A DNA stretch of 64,000 bases from the NCBI GenBank assembly GCA_036785375.1, contig JAWMAR010000008.1, positions 12,276,001 through 12,340,000 of the forward strand, in the 5' to 3' direction. The notes beneath the pieces were generated by a model, which did not search any database, was not told where the DNA came from, and saw nothing but the letters and a program-made list of their open reading frames with translations. The DNA is from Leucoraja ocellata (lineage: Eukaryota). The position numbers and the translations under genes were made by a program. Below, in pieces: positions 37,018-49,306 of this stretch (its first letter is position 1; each line of letters opens with the position of its first letter).

Positions 37018-37623
37018 AGACAATAGACAATAGGTGCAGGAGTAGGCCATTTGGCCCTTCGAGCCAGCACCGCCATTCAAGGTGATCATGGCTGATCATC
37101 CCCAATCAGTACCCCGTTCCTGCCTTCTCCCCATATCCCCTGACCACTATTTTTAAAAGCTCTATCTAGCTCTCTCTTGAAAGCATCCAGAGAACCTGCC
37201 TCCACCGCCCTCTGAGGCAGAGAATTCCACAGACTCACCACTCTCTGTGAGAAAAAGTGTTTCCTTGTCTCTGTTCTAAATGGCTTACTCCTTATTCTTA
37301 AACTGTGGCCCCTGGTTCTGGACTCCCCCAACATTGGGAACATGTTTCCTGCCTCTAGCATGTCCAAGCCCTTAACAATCTTATATGTTTAAATGAGATA
37401 TCCTCTCATCCTTCTAAACTCCAGAGTGTACAAGCCCAGCTGCTCCATTCTCTCAACATATGACAGTCCCGCCATCCCTGGAATTAACCTTGTAAACCTG
37501 CGCTGCACTCCCTCAATAGCAAGAATGTCCTTCCTCAAATTAGGGGAGCAAAACTGCACACAATACTCCAGGTGTGGTCTCACTAGGGCTCTGTACAACT
37601 GCAGAAGGACCTCTTTGCTCCTA
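37018..37623 (-). mobile_element. Young CR1-type LINE 3' fragment
   Basis: ORFs RSKEVLLQLYRALVRPHLEYCVQFCSPNLRKDILAIEGVQRRFTRLIPG and MLGESRTRGHSLRI...LWNSLPQRAVEA; tail agacaatagacaatagg on +. Confidence 0.95.
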
Positions 37624-37629
37624 CAATGT

Positions 37630-37940
37630 ACCAACGTACCAACAATGGAACAATGAAATTCTTATTTGGTGCCACATTGCAGGCCCGTAAACACAATACA
37701 CATAGATAACGTACAAAAAATTAAATTAATCACCCCAAAAACCCCATAGCCAGACAGAGCATAATTTATAGTGTAGGTTAGTGTTGTGTAGTGTTCAAGA
37801 ACCTGATGTTTGTCAACAAGCTCTTCTTGAATCTGGTGGTGATGGTTTTCAGGTTCCTATACCTTTTTCCTGATGGTAGGAGCAAAATGAGATTTTGGCC
37901 AGGGTGATGTGGGTCTTTTGTGATACTGGCTACCTTTTAA
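37630..37940 (-). mobile_element. Rex1/Babar-like non-LTR 3' fragment
   Basis: gtgttcaagaacctgatg...aagctcttcttgaatctggtggtgatggttttcaggttcctatacctttttcctgatggtagg; antisense reading LPSGKRYR...TTRFKKS is typical of Rex1 C-termini. Confidence 0.6.
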
Positions 37941-39002
37941 GACATTTTAAAACACTAGGAAACAATTAAGGACAATTAAATACATTAAAATCCACATGTT
38001 AAGAAATATTTACTTTGTCCTTACCCTTGCATCCACGGTGTTTCCTTGCAATTGAAATGAAAGGGCCTGGTAAATCTGCACCAGATGAATGGGATGATTT
38101 TGGTTGATTCCGGGTTTGAGGGCCTGTAATTTTTGTGGCCAAAGATAGAGAGGTAAGAAAAAGATAGAAAATTAATGCAAGAGGCAACTGGAACTTAAGG
38201 GTCACCCTTGTGGTCTGAACAAAGATGTTCTGCAAAGTGGGCTGTGTTTGGTTTTTCCAAAGTAAAGGAGACCACATTGAGAGATGCAGAATAGCGCAGG
38301 TGCCTGTGTTCTGCATCTCACAGTTCCGCCTTGTATATTTTTTATTCCTCTTCAGTCGTTGTTCATCTTCTCTGTTCACACAGCTTTGGATCAGCAGATA
38401 CAATTAACAAACATTCATTGTCATTTTATGGATGTCAACGACAGCAGATGTGCACGCCTCACTCTGTTGCAAACATTTCCATTGTTCTCTCCAACCCATC
38501 CCTCTCTAAAACGTCAGACATTGTTGATTTCTTAGCCTGTTGTGATGAAAGTCATTGATCTGGAATTTTAACTCTGTTACTGTCTCTCCATTGATACTGC
38601 TTGACCTCTTGAGCATCCTCAGCATTTATTATAAGTTTTCAGTATGCCTCAGTAATAACTACCATAACATACCACTAAACTGAATTTGTAACAACAGTTC
38701 AGTCAGCTTGTTCCCAGTATGTCATACGTGTGTGTGGAGAACAAATAGTCAGACCCGTATGCTAGCATGCACTGCTGTATTTCACTTTTTTTGATGATTT
38801 AATTTACCTCTATTGATTTCCCTTCATCTTTACTACCTATTGCAGTTTTTATTTTTGCTCTTTTCCTTTTCATTTGGGAAAGAATTATTTGTGCCTTTTT
38901 TTCATTTGTGTGAAGCCCCTCTATCCACCCTATTTATAATTTCTATTTGGACGCTATTCCCAGCCAGTTTAAGTGCTCCCTATCCCAGTGTAGTTCCCTG
39001 TG

Positions 39003-39198
39003 TAGGAAAGAACTGCAGATGCTGGTATACACCGAAGATATACACAAAATGCGAGAGTAACTCAGCGGGACAGACGGCATCTCTGGATAGAAATGGGCAA
39101 CGTTTCAGTCTGAAGAAGGGCCTCGACCCGAAACGTCACCCATTCCTTCTATCCAGAGTTGCTGCCTGTCCCGCTGAGTTACTCATTTTATGTCTACA
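39003..39198. mobile_element. Palindromic PLE-derived repeat with hammerhead-like core at 39110-39137 (+)
   Basis: gagtaactcagcgggacag..gcatctctggatagaaatggg-aacgtttc mirrors gaaacgtcacccattccttctatccagag-tgctgcctgtcccgctgagttactc. Core CTGAAGAAGGGCCTCGACCCGAAACGTC. Confidence 0.85.
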
Positions 39199-41479
39199 GT
39201 TCTATGTACAGTACGGGCACCTGTCTCAAGAGTTGTAGAATTAATGGAAACCAGCATGGATGCTTATTAACAGCTTCCTTTTCATGATTAAAGGAGACAA
39301 TTCATAGTGGAAGCAAATCTTGAATTAGTTGAAAGTAAGATAAGATGTTATAATAAAAGGAAACAATTGCCTTCTCTAAAGAATAGCAGAATGCCTGATT
39401 GGAAATTCAGGAGGCTCTCAAATTTTATTTCATAGAATTTCCTTGCACTCACAAAATACAGGAACAGTTCATCTCAACCGTGCAGGTGTTTTTACATTCC
39501 AAGAGTTGCCTCATCTCTGACTTTCAAAGGTTTTTCTGTTCCAACTTCCTTCTCTCCCTGGTGGACCTGTTCCTTTTGAAATCCTCTAAGTTGAACCAAG
39601 CTCCATGTCCCATTACTTCCCTATTGGATTCTGTGTTTATGTCCTGCAGTTGTGGTTTCTCTGCCGACCCCCACATCTGCCCTGTTAGAAGATCTCTATC
39701 AGGTTGCTTGTCATTCATCTCTTCAGCCGGAAAAATCCCCACTGCTTGGTCTTCCCTGAAACCCCTAGTCACACTTTGATAAAATCCTCTCAAACGTGTC
39801 TTGTCTTTTTCCTGTGTATCTCTCACCTTTTTTTTAATCAGAAGACCAGTACTGTGCATTGTTACCTGACTAGGTGAAATATTGATATACTTATCATAAT
39901 TTCAGTCCATTTGAATTTCATGTTCGATATCCCAATACCTTGTCCATATTTCAGTCCACCAGCTGACCTGCAGTAATGATTTTATTGATCCGTTTGCTGT
40001 ACCATGGGTTTTTCTTTTCACGAATTTCCTGTCAAAATCCATCAACATAATCAATACTGTGCGGTTCAATTTCCTAAAAGTGAGTTTAAGCCTCTTCTCG
40101 TGTGCTGCATTCTTCCTCAATGTTGGCTTCATCACCTGCCTCTTGCTCAAATTCCCAACCATGGGTTGCAAAATTGATTATCTAGCTTTCAAATCTAAAT
40201 CATTCACTTGGACTGCGAAAATAATCTCCCTGGAACATCACTTTCTAATTTACAGCAATTTGAATAACTACCTGTCAATTCAGTTTTAACTAATTCTCGA
40301 TCCTTTCACTTGTAAAACCATATTTAGCGGTAGGCTGTATATTGCAGTGGTACATTTGCTCGAACGGTCAGTGTTTACCTTAATCGCTTAAGGCTCCTGT
40401 GGGCTATCTCTGTGTGATTCCATTGGATATTGCACTAACTGTGATATGTGCAAGCCACAAAAATTGAAAATTTAAGTCCCAGGAGAAGTGTTTAATGTAT
40501 TCTATATCAGGTTGGTATTTGTTTTTGGAAAAGCTGACTGGAAGGAATAAATGCTTCATCTTAACTCCCACCCACCCTCCTTCAAGTAACCGACCCCAGT
40601 ACTTCCACCAGTCCTTTCAGAAAACTGCCAGTATTTCTGAGAGTTGCTGTTCCAGTTTTCTCTCTTTATCGAGTTATTATTTTAGCTGGTTTTATTTAAA
40701 GAGAGGACTAGGCGATTACTCCTCAACAGCTGAACTGTTTTTCTTTTGAATTAAAATCCAAGAATACTATATATTTTAAACTCTCTTTCTACTTTCAGGG
40801 ACACCCCTGAAGATGGAATCTGATTCTCATTTTATGTCTGATTCTTGGTCGGTTATCAAAGTGCCTTGGAGAACCTAAGTGAACATGTGGTGTCCGCTCA
40901 ATGAGGCTGCTGGACTTTGACCAATAAAGAGTACTTCAAAGTGTGACAGAATACCTGTTTAGTGTTCCATTTTGATCTGGCTCTAATCTGACATTGACAA
41001 AGGCCAGTCTAATTCCCTGCAAACAATGTGCCATTTTTGTAAAGTACTGCCCTTGCCCTAAATCTTCAGATCATACTTTTAACAAATTGTTCACCTGTTT
41101 CAGATTAGTGCAGACAGCTAAATGGATTCAATCAAGGCACTGCAACAGGTGCCTGCCTCCCCGTCTGCCTCACTTCAGTACAAACCCAAATTAAATTGAT
41201 GGGAGAGTTTTAAACATTTTCCCTCATGGTACATCGACAATTAATGTTCAAATTATATGATATCACAGAATCTGGAGATTTAAATTGTTCCCTCGAGGAG
41301 TGTACTGATCCAAGCTGCAGTCACTTTGTTTGCCATCCTGAATATCCATTAATATTATACGATACGTTATTCAGCGAGGATCAATCGAGACATACAGCAC
41401 AGAAACAGGCTCCTCGGCCCACCTTATCCGTACTAATCTTCACCCATACCAATCCCATTTCCCAGTCCGGCAGCATATG

Positions 41480-41693
41480 TAATGTTTTTATTTTTAATTA
41501 TAACAGGTTTTGAGAAAGTACGTTGGGAGAAATCACCTCCACTGGCAGAGGATTGGAAACATGAGGGAAGAACTAGAGAAAAGATAAGAGTTGACAGAAA
41601 ATGTTCTATATTTAGGGCCTTGAGCCTTGCCCACCACCCAGTAAATTGGTGAAAGATGCTCAAAACCTGTTATAATTTTAAACTCAAACATTA
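41480..41693. mobile_element. Small MITE-like element with 35-bp inverted termini
   Basis: taatgtttttatttttaattataacaggttttgag versus the reverse complement of ctcaaaacctgttataattttaaactcaaacatta: inner 19 bp perfect, 5 mismatches overall. Confidence 0.65.
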
Positions 41694-41779
41694 ACTATTC
41701 TCTCAATCACCTCAACTCAAAGGAAGATGACCTGAGCTCTTCCAATCATCCAAAGAACAGAAGTCTGCAGTTCCTGGCA

Positions 41780-42790
41780 CGGGACTAGGAAGAGGCTATT
41801 CAGCCCCTCAAGTTTGTTCTGTCGTTTAATAAGATGATGGCTCATCCATGGTTAGGAAGGGTTTAGGGGTATACATGTTAAACACAGGCAAATGGAACTA
41901 GCTTTGATAGGCCCCGAGTTGGGCTGAAGGGCCTGTTTCTGCGCTGTATGACTCTGGTCCGTAGCCTTCCATGCCTTAATCCATATGTTACTTACATTTT
42001 GTTAATATTTTTTCCTCCAGCTCCTTCTCTGGCTGTGCGATATTTTCCACATTATATCCCATCGGTCATGTCCGACCCTTACATTTAATCTGCCTCTACC
42101 GCTACGAAGCATCTCCACATCTTCGCCAGGCCCCCCATTACCACCTAGCTTTATATCATTGACAACCTGGGATATGTTACACTTCATTCCTCTTTTTTTT
42201 TAATATAAAAGAAGAGGATCAACTTAAAAGGCTTGTTATTGTTATAGAAAAAATATCGTTGAAAAGTCCATTGGACCAAACTGTCCTTGGGTTCTTAAGG
42301 GATGGTTACAAAGACAATTGATGCATTGGCTGTGAACATCAAATATCCACTATATTCGGGAAGGTCAAATTGGAGAACACAAATGCTGCACCACTGTTTA
42401 GGCAGGGAGGGAGTAAGAAAACAAGAAACCACAAGCATGTTATCCTGCTTTGGAGGGAACTGCTGGAAGTGATAATTAGACACTTGGAAGATTATAATAA
42501 GATTAGGCAAAGTCAACAAGGTTTTATGAAAGTGAAATTGTTTTACAAATGTATCAAATTATTTGAAGAACTCGCAGGATAGATAGAAATAAGTTGATGT
42601 TAAGTATGTTGATTTCCAAATAATGTGCAAGTAGAAAGTGACAGCACAGATGAGGGCTTGAGGGAAGTATTGAGGGAATATTTCAGCCTAGAGAGAGCAC
42701 TAAAACGGAAATTAAAGATAATTGGGTTATTTTTAGTTTGGCGATTTGTAACAAGTGGGGTGCCACAGCAATCAGTGCCAGTAGCAACAT
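41780..42790. mobile_element. Cluster of old CR1 fragments in both orientations
   Basis: 3' ends at 41780-41960; antisense RT piece at 42000-42190; sense RT piece PLFRQG...KIRQSQQGFMK and VTSGVPQ at 42370-42780. Confidence 0.65.
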
Positions 42791-44112
42791 CACATGCTGC
42801 CTCTGCCTGTCTAATTGCAGTCTTTTAATATAATTATATTTTTGATGACCAACTGTGTATGTGTGTTGGGAAGTGGGTAAATACTTTGGATTGCAAAAGA
42901 GGATGATTGGCATCAGTTGGAACATTCCCAGAATATCGTGGAAATAAGGATTCCGGGAGAAAAGCTGGGAATTTCTATGCTAACTTTTGCAAGCTGTGAA
43001 AGTCCTCTTTTGGTAGGTGTCAGTTCTAGTTTTGTTTCTGCAGACCACGCTATAATTCCAGGTAATAGCCATTTTGGAGGAAGTGTCACAAGTAATAGAG
43101 GTGTGCATGATGCATTGCCCCTTATCTATAGCACAGTTTTTATTGACGCACTATTACATGTGGCTGTTGTTTTTCCATATCCGGAGGGAACTGTGGCCGT
43201 CGTGTTGGTTGCCTGGGGTCTCTAGTCTAGGTGGGACTTCACAGCAAACATATTTTGTCAGCATTTTATTGTTACAGAGGGATTTCCTGCATGAAGTAAA
43301 TAGTGTGTTGGGCCTGACCACTTGGGGTCGTGGTTCTTCTCAAGAAGGCACAACGATGCCACTTTTTTGTATTGGTGCCTTTCAGATGTTGCTCCACTTT
43401 CTAAGCTTTCCTCTCTGCTTTGAAATCAATTTCACTCAGGTTTTCACCATGATGATGTGGGAATGATATAAGCAACGAGATGCCTGACAAGAGTATGTGG
43501 ATTGACTGCAGACTGGATGGGCAAACTCTCTGTCGTCTTTGACTCGCAGTTGGTGCTGGTTAACCTTGAGTCCTGATAATCCACTTGTGTTGCACTGACT
43601 CCGGGAGTTGCAGTAAAATGATTCAAAAACATAGCAGTCAATTCAGAATCTGAAAGAAAGTGAATGTGTTGTGGTCTGGTGTAGGACCTTTGAAAGTTCT
43701 GATAGTGTCTCATCTGTCAACGGGTAGTGCTTTGCTCCTTCACTCACGGATTCACTGGCAGATTGTTTTTTTGAACCTCAGTGGGTTTGGCATTGCAATG
43801 ATTAATTCATTCAACGGGCTAGGCTGACAGGATCAGCAAGAGCTTCCGTACCCAAGCAACATCTTGCTGCAGTCCTGTGGCTGAAGTTCAGAAATACTTG
43901 GGTGAATTCAGCAGGGTCACTTCACTGGGTACTACACTTCTGCATACACTTGTGTCGGGTAGTTTATAACTATATATATTCTGGGAAGATTTCACTGTGT
44001 CTGTGTAGTCTCACACTAGAAATGTTAATATAGTGAAATTTTGGATTATTTCCTGCCCTTTCAAATACTGGATGTAGAATTGACAGACTATCTGTGCTGT
44101 TTAATGTTTCAG

Positions 44113-44324
44113 TGATTAATGAGTTGGATGGTCTGGCTAAAGGCCAAGACACAGACTACCACGGTGCAAACCATGCCAAATTGGTGCAGGAGAGAGCCAA
44201 GAAAGCCATTGACTTCCTGGAACAAAGGTTTGAATCTCGGGACTCGTGCCTGAGGGCTCTAACCAGCAGAGGTAACGAGCTGGAGTCAATTGCGTTCAGG
44301 AGCGAAGACACGACAGGACAACAG
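44113..44324 (+). CDS. SMG6: SMG6 coding exon: central PIN domain (VINELDGLAKG...RFESRDSCLRALTSRGNELESIAFRSEDTTGQQ)
   Basis: Acceptor tgtttcag, donor CAG|gtaact. G+TG rebuilds Val across the phase-1 intron. Peptide closely matches vertebrate SMG6. 212 nt. Confidence 0.97.
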
Positions 44325-44337
44325 GTAACTGACACAA

Positions 44338-44386
44338 CCCTCCCCTTCCCCCCCCCTCCCCTCCTCCCCCCCCCCCCCCCACCACC
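44338..44386. repeat. Poly-C / C-rich tract directly after the exon donor
   Basis: ccctccccttccccccccctcccctcctccccccccccccccccaccacc. Confidence 0.9.
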
Positions 44387-45864
44387 TTCTCTCTTGTCAC
44401 CAACTTGTAACCTGGTGATCCACACCAACTTGACCCACTCAAGGAGTTGAGCATTTCAGGGAAGCCAAAGCTTCAGTGCATCACTGAGAGAACAATGTAT
44501 GACCATAAGATAGAGGCATCGATCCAGCTTCATGTACTGCTTGTTCTGATGGGTGTAAAATATGCCATTGGTGCTCTTCAAAGAAAGCCTGTAACCTGGA
44601 GAACATTCCCACCTCTCCAAATACAATCAAAAATAGATCTACAGATCTGTTGCTTTATTTATGTGTTTCTGTCCACAGTTTGCCTTATATAGTGCTGTAC
44701 AAAAGATCCTGACTTCAGCAACTCATATTCCACAGTGCATTTAAAATTGAATTCATGAAGTATGGTCTTTTGTGACCAGGTTTCTGGATTATCATGAAGA
44801 CCAAACCAGTCCCCTAATGTCCTGTAACCTCTCATTGCTTTACACAAGCTCTTACACAGTCAAATGGCTTATTCAGTCAAGCATGTTTGCCCAGGGTGAA
44901 CAAAATTAGCTTGTCTCCAAGTCTCTTGTACGGTGTGGTCAGCTACAACATCTAAAATGTGGCATATCCAGTTCCTGTAACTATGCAAGGCCACACAGTC
45001 GGGCTTGAGGCTGAATCCATAAGGGTTTGATGCTTTGCTAAGCTCACTCCATATCCCTTCAGGAATAGTCTGAGCACTGAAGGTTTCGGGCTTCAAGTCA
45101 TGTCTTCTGTGATAAATATTGTCCATTTTTTGGTTGCATGGGAAGGAGCAGACAGGCTGTTCAATATCTCATGAAATCTGAAGCTCTTATTCATATCTAC
45201 ACAGCTGCCTTTTTGTGTGAGTAGTTTCAGAGTTTCCTTGTTGGTACTGGCTCTATCCGAGTATTTTTTCCCCCTCTGATGCCCTCGGAGCCTGCATGAT
45301 CAAGTCTAGAGCAATGTGATCCAGAAGTTTTGCCCTCTAGGCACAAGATAAATTACTTTACTTAAAAAAAAAAGTTGTGTTTTTTGTCACTTTATGAATT
45401 TCTGTTCATCAAGATCTGGGAGGTGGCAGTGCTAGGGGTTTGATGAATTGCTTAATCCTGTTCTGCAACTATGTCCCAGCCTGCAGCAGGTATGAACGGG
45501 TTTTGTAAAAACAGCTTCAGAGAGACTTTGAAAAGCAATTGTCCTAATTTCATTCTTCAAAGGAAAATCACTGGACGTTCAGTTATTCAAAGCCCACTTT
45601 CATCTGTCAGTGTTCTTTAAACAACGTACACTTTCATAGGCAGACTCGGGAAACACTTCCCTCCGATGGGAGAATCTAAGCCAAGAGGTACAATCCTAAA
45701 ATTGTGGCCAGGCCATTTGGGAATAAAATGGAAGCACTAATTCAAAGGATATTAAAATCTGGTCTCTTGCCTTGAAGCTGGTGGATGCTGGGGTCATTAC
45801 CAAGGCACATTAAGATGTTTGAGACCAATGCTGAAGTACAAGGTACAAGGGAGTGATTGTAAGA

Positions 45865-46145
45865 AACAAACCACTGGAGGTGCTCAGCGATTTAGGCACT
45901 ATCTGTGAAGGCAAAGGAATGATATACATTTCAGCTTGAAAACCTGCAACAGGACAGAGAGTGGAGAGGGAAGATAGTATACAGGGGTGACTGGCTGTCT
46001 TCCATGTACACTCTCAGTTTAGATGCAAGGTCTCAATCAAAAAAGTCAGCCATCCCTCTGCCTCCACAGATGTTGTCCGACCCGCTATGTTCCCCCAGCA
46101 GTTTATTTTTTCTTCCAGATGCCAAGATTTGTAGTGCCTTGTGTC
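45865..46145. mobile_element. Degenerate head-to-head PLE-derived repeats
   Basis: ccactggaggtgctcagcg..ggcactatctgtgaagg...catttcag followed by gatgcaaggtctcaatcaaaaaagtc...cctccacagatgttgtccgacccgct. Confidence 0.55.
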
Positions 46146-47373
46146 ACTAGGAGTAATTGATCTGGTAGGACTGGAGCAAACAGTGGAATAATCGGCATGA
46201 AATGCTTTCTTAAACATAGCATTACTTTCCAGGACATGTCCTAGTAGTCTGACAATGAGCCACAGAACAGACCACCAAAAGCTCGGCCCAAGTGATGGGT
46301 TTAGAGGAGAAGCAGGTATGTAACCAAGGTGGGTAGGGGGATGGGATGGAAATCCCACAATTTAGCCTCAAAAACAGAAGGCATGGCAGGCAATGAAAGA
46401 ACACTTAAGTTCAAGGAGATCAAGAGACCAGGAGGAATAATCATCCACGGGGTTGTGGGGCAAGAAATTGGAACCAGTGAGACTGAGACTCTGGTTTGAT
46501 GCAGGAAATCTCAGCCTTGGCTTCAAATCTCTTCAGAGTCTCACCCTCACTAGTGCTTGATAGTACTTGCACTGTTTGGTTCGATGCAAGAAAGCTCAGC
46601 CTTGGCTTCCAATCGCTTCAAACAGTGGAAGTACTATCAAGCAAGGAATACCACAGAGCAATAAGAAGAATGCCCCTGGCTGACCTCCTGTTGCAGCCAG
46701 TGCAGATTCACCAGCTCTCAGCAAGCGGTGAGTGAATCAAAACAAACACAAAGTGTTGAAGGAACTCAGTGAGTCAGGCACAATCTGTGGATGGATGGAT
46801 GGACAGACAATGTTTTGGGTCATACAAGTGACAAAGTTGTCTCAAAAACGCAACCAAGGGCTGAACTCTCAAAATCTTGTCCCGCAGCAGAAAGGAGCTT
46901 GACCCTGAGCCTTCTCAACTCTGCGCTGTGTGGTCATCCCCTTAATATGAGAGTGAGTCAAATCGTTTGAGACACCCAGCACAGAGAAGCATCATCCCTA
47001 CATCTATCCTGTCAATCCTCACTAAATTATTTTAGATTTCAATTAGCTGACATCTCATTTTTTAAACTACAGAGAGCATAGGCAAAGTCTGCCTCTGCAC
47101 TGGAGGAAGCTCCAAACCAGGTATCAGACGGCATAAACCAATCGAAACTCAAGTCACTTGTCCACTGTTGTGTCCTTTGAGTATCTCTGGGCCACTTATG
47201 GGTGTTGTGTAAGGAAACCATGAGCCAATTTGCACACAGGGATTTCTCTGCAGGAAGCACACAGCACTGGCTGGGCCAGCTTTACTGACCGTTCCTCACG
47301 GACCCTGAACTGAGTAGCTTGTAGAGGGCAGGTTACAGTCAACAACTTTGCTGAGGGTCTGGAGTCACATATA

Positions 47374-48473
47374 CAGTGCATTCAGAAAGTATTCAGACCC
47401 CTTCGCTTTTTCCACATTTAGTTACATTACAGCCATTTTAAAATGGATTAAATTCTTTTTTTTTTATCATCAATCTATACACAATACCCGAGAATGAAGA
47501 AGCGAGAACGGGTGTTTAGAAATGTTTGCAAAGTAATTAAAAAGAAATAACTGAAATATCACATTTACATAAGTATTCAGACCCTTTGCAATGACACTCA
47601 AAATTCAGCTTGGGTTAATCCTGTTTCCATTGATTATCCTTGAGATGTTTCTACAACTTGATTCGAGTCCACCAAAGGTAAGTTAAATTGATTGGACATG
47701 ATTTGGAAAGGCACATTCCTGTCTATATAAGGTCCCACAGTTGACAGTGCATGTCAGAGCAAAAACCAAGCCATGAAGACGAAGGAATTGTCCGTAGACA
47801 TCCGACAGGATTGTGTTGAGACACAGATCTGGGGAAGGGTATAAAACAATTTCTGCAGCATTGCAGGTCCCGAAGAGCACAGTGGCCTCCGTCATTCTTA
47901 AATGGAAGAACTTTGGAATCACCAGGACTCGTCATAGAGCTGGCCACCCGGCCAAACTGAGCAATCGGAGGAGAAGAGCCTTGGTCAGGGAGGTGACCAA
48001 GGACTCAATGGTCACTCTGACAGAGCTCCAGATTCTCCCATCTCCCATCAGGCTTTTATGGTAGAGTGGCCAGACGGAAGCCACTCCTCGGTAAAAGGCA
48101 CATGACAGCCCACTTGGAGTTTGCCAAAAGGCACCTAAAGGACTCTCAGACCATGAGAAACAAGATTCTCTGGTCTGATGAAACCAAGATTGAACTCTTT
48201 GGCCTGAAGAAGACTTGGCTGTAATCGCTGCCAAAGGTGCCTCAACAAAGTACTGAGTAAAGGGTATGAATACTTATGTAAATGTGATATTTCAGTTATT
48301 TCTTTTTAATTACTTTGCAAAAATTTCTAAACACCTGTTTTTGCTTTTTTTATTCTGGGGTATTGCATGTAGATTTATGATTAAAAAAATAATTTAATCA
48401 ATTTTAAAATAAGGCTGTAACGTAACAAAATGTGGAAAAAGTGAAAGGGTCTGAATACTTTCTGAATGCACTG
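47374..48473 (+). mobile_element. Tc1-family (Passport-like, IR/DR type) DNA transposon, internally deleted, 1100 bp
   Basis: TIRs of about 215 bp beginning CAGTGCATTCAGAAAGTATTCAGACCC with an inner direct repeat aagtattcagaccct. TA TSD at 47372-47373 and 48474-48475. Confidence 0.95.
47773..48256 (+). pseudogene. Disrupted Tc1 transposase
   Basis: MKTKELSVD, frameshift, RIVLRHRSGEGYKTISAALQVPKSTVASVILKWKNFG...KLSNRRRRALVREVTK, then ARRKPLL...ILWSDETKIELFG fused to AVIAAKGASTKY*. Most of the DDE domain is deleted. Confidence 0.9.
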
Positions 48474-48585
48474 TAGGTGAATGACAGCCCTACTCAGTGC
48501 TCAATAAGGACCTAAAACGAGATACTAGCTTTTTTATTCTAGAATTATTTGAATTACGCCAGCGTGGAATTGTCTCCAACATCGT

Positions 48586-48720
48586 GGGTCTGAAGAAGAA
48601 TCCCAACCCAAAACGTCACCTATCCAGGTTCTCCAGAAATGCGGCCTGACCTGCTAAGTTACTCCAGCACTTTATGTATTTTTTTTGTAAACCAGCATCT
48701 ACAGTCCCCTGTGTCTACAA
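48586..48720 (+). mobile_element. PLE-derived repeat with mutated core
   Basis: gtctgaagaagaatcccaacccaaaacgtcacctatccagg...cctgacctgctaagttactccagcac. Confidence 0.75.
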
Positions 48721-48859
48721 AAGCAGCTGTGTTTGGAGACGGGAACCTAGAGCCCCAAGCTGGTCTCACCTCTATGACTCCAGTTCCTAGCAGGCCACTG
48801 CACTAAAAACACAAACTTGGACGGTGAACATGTTTACGGGAAATTTGGAATCTGATAGA

Positions 48860-49306
48860 CTAGTATAGAGATACAGCGTGGAGACAGGCCCTTCGGCCCA
48901 CCGAGTCTGTGCTGACCAGCAATCCCCGCACACTAACACTATCATAGAAAACAGAAACATAGAAAGATTGTGCAGGAATAGGCCATTTGGCCCTTCGAAC
49001 CAGCACCGTATTCAACATGGTCATGGTTGATCATCTAAAATCAGTACCCTGTTCCTGCTTTTTCCCCATATTCCTTGATTCCGTTAGCCCTAAGAGCCAA
49101 ACACCTAGACACACTAGGAACAATTCACATTTATACCAAGTCAATTAGCCTACAAACCGGTCTTTGAGGTGTAGGAGGAAACCGAGAAAACCCATGCAGT
49201 TCACGGGGAGAACGTACAAACTCCGTACAGACCGCACCCGTAGTCAGGATCAAACCCGGATCTCTGGCCCTGTAAGGCAGCAACTCTACCACTGCGCCAC
49301 CACGCC
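48860..49306 (-). mobile_element. tRNA-derived SINE with nested CR1 3' end (about 48944-49100)
   Basis: SINE head cccgtagtcaggatcaaacccggatctctggccctgtaaggcagcaactctaccactgcgccacc; inserted atagaaaacagaaacatagaa...ccctaagagc. Confidence 0.85.
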
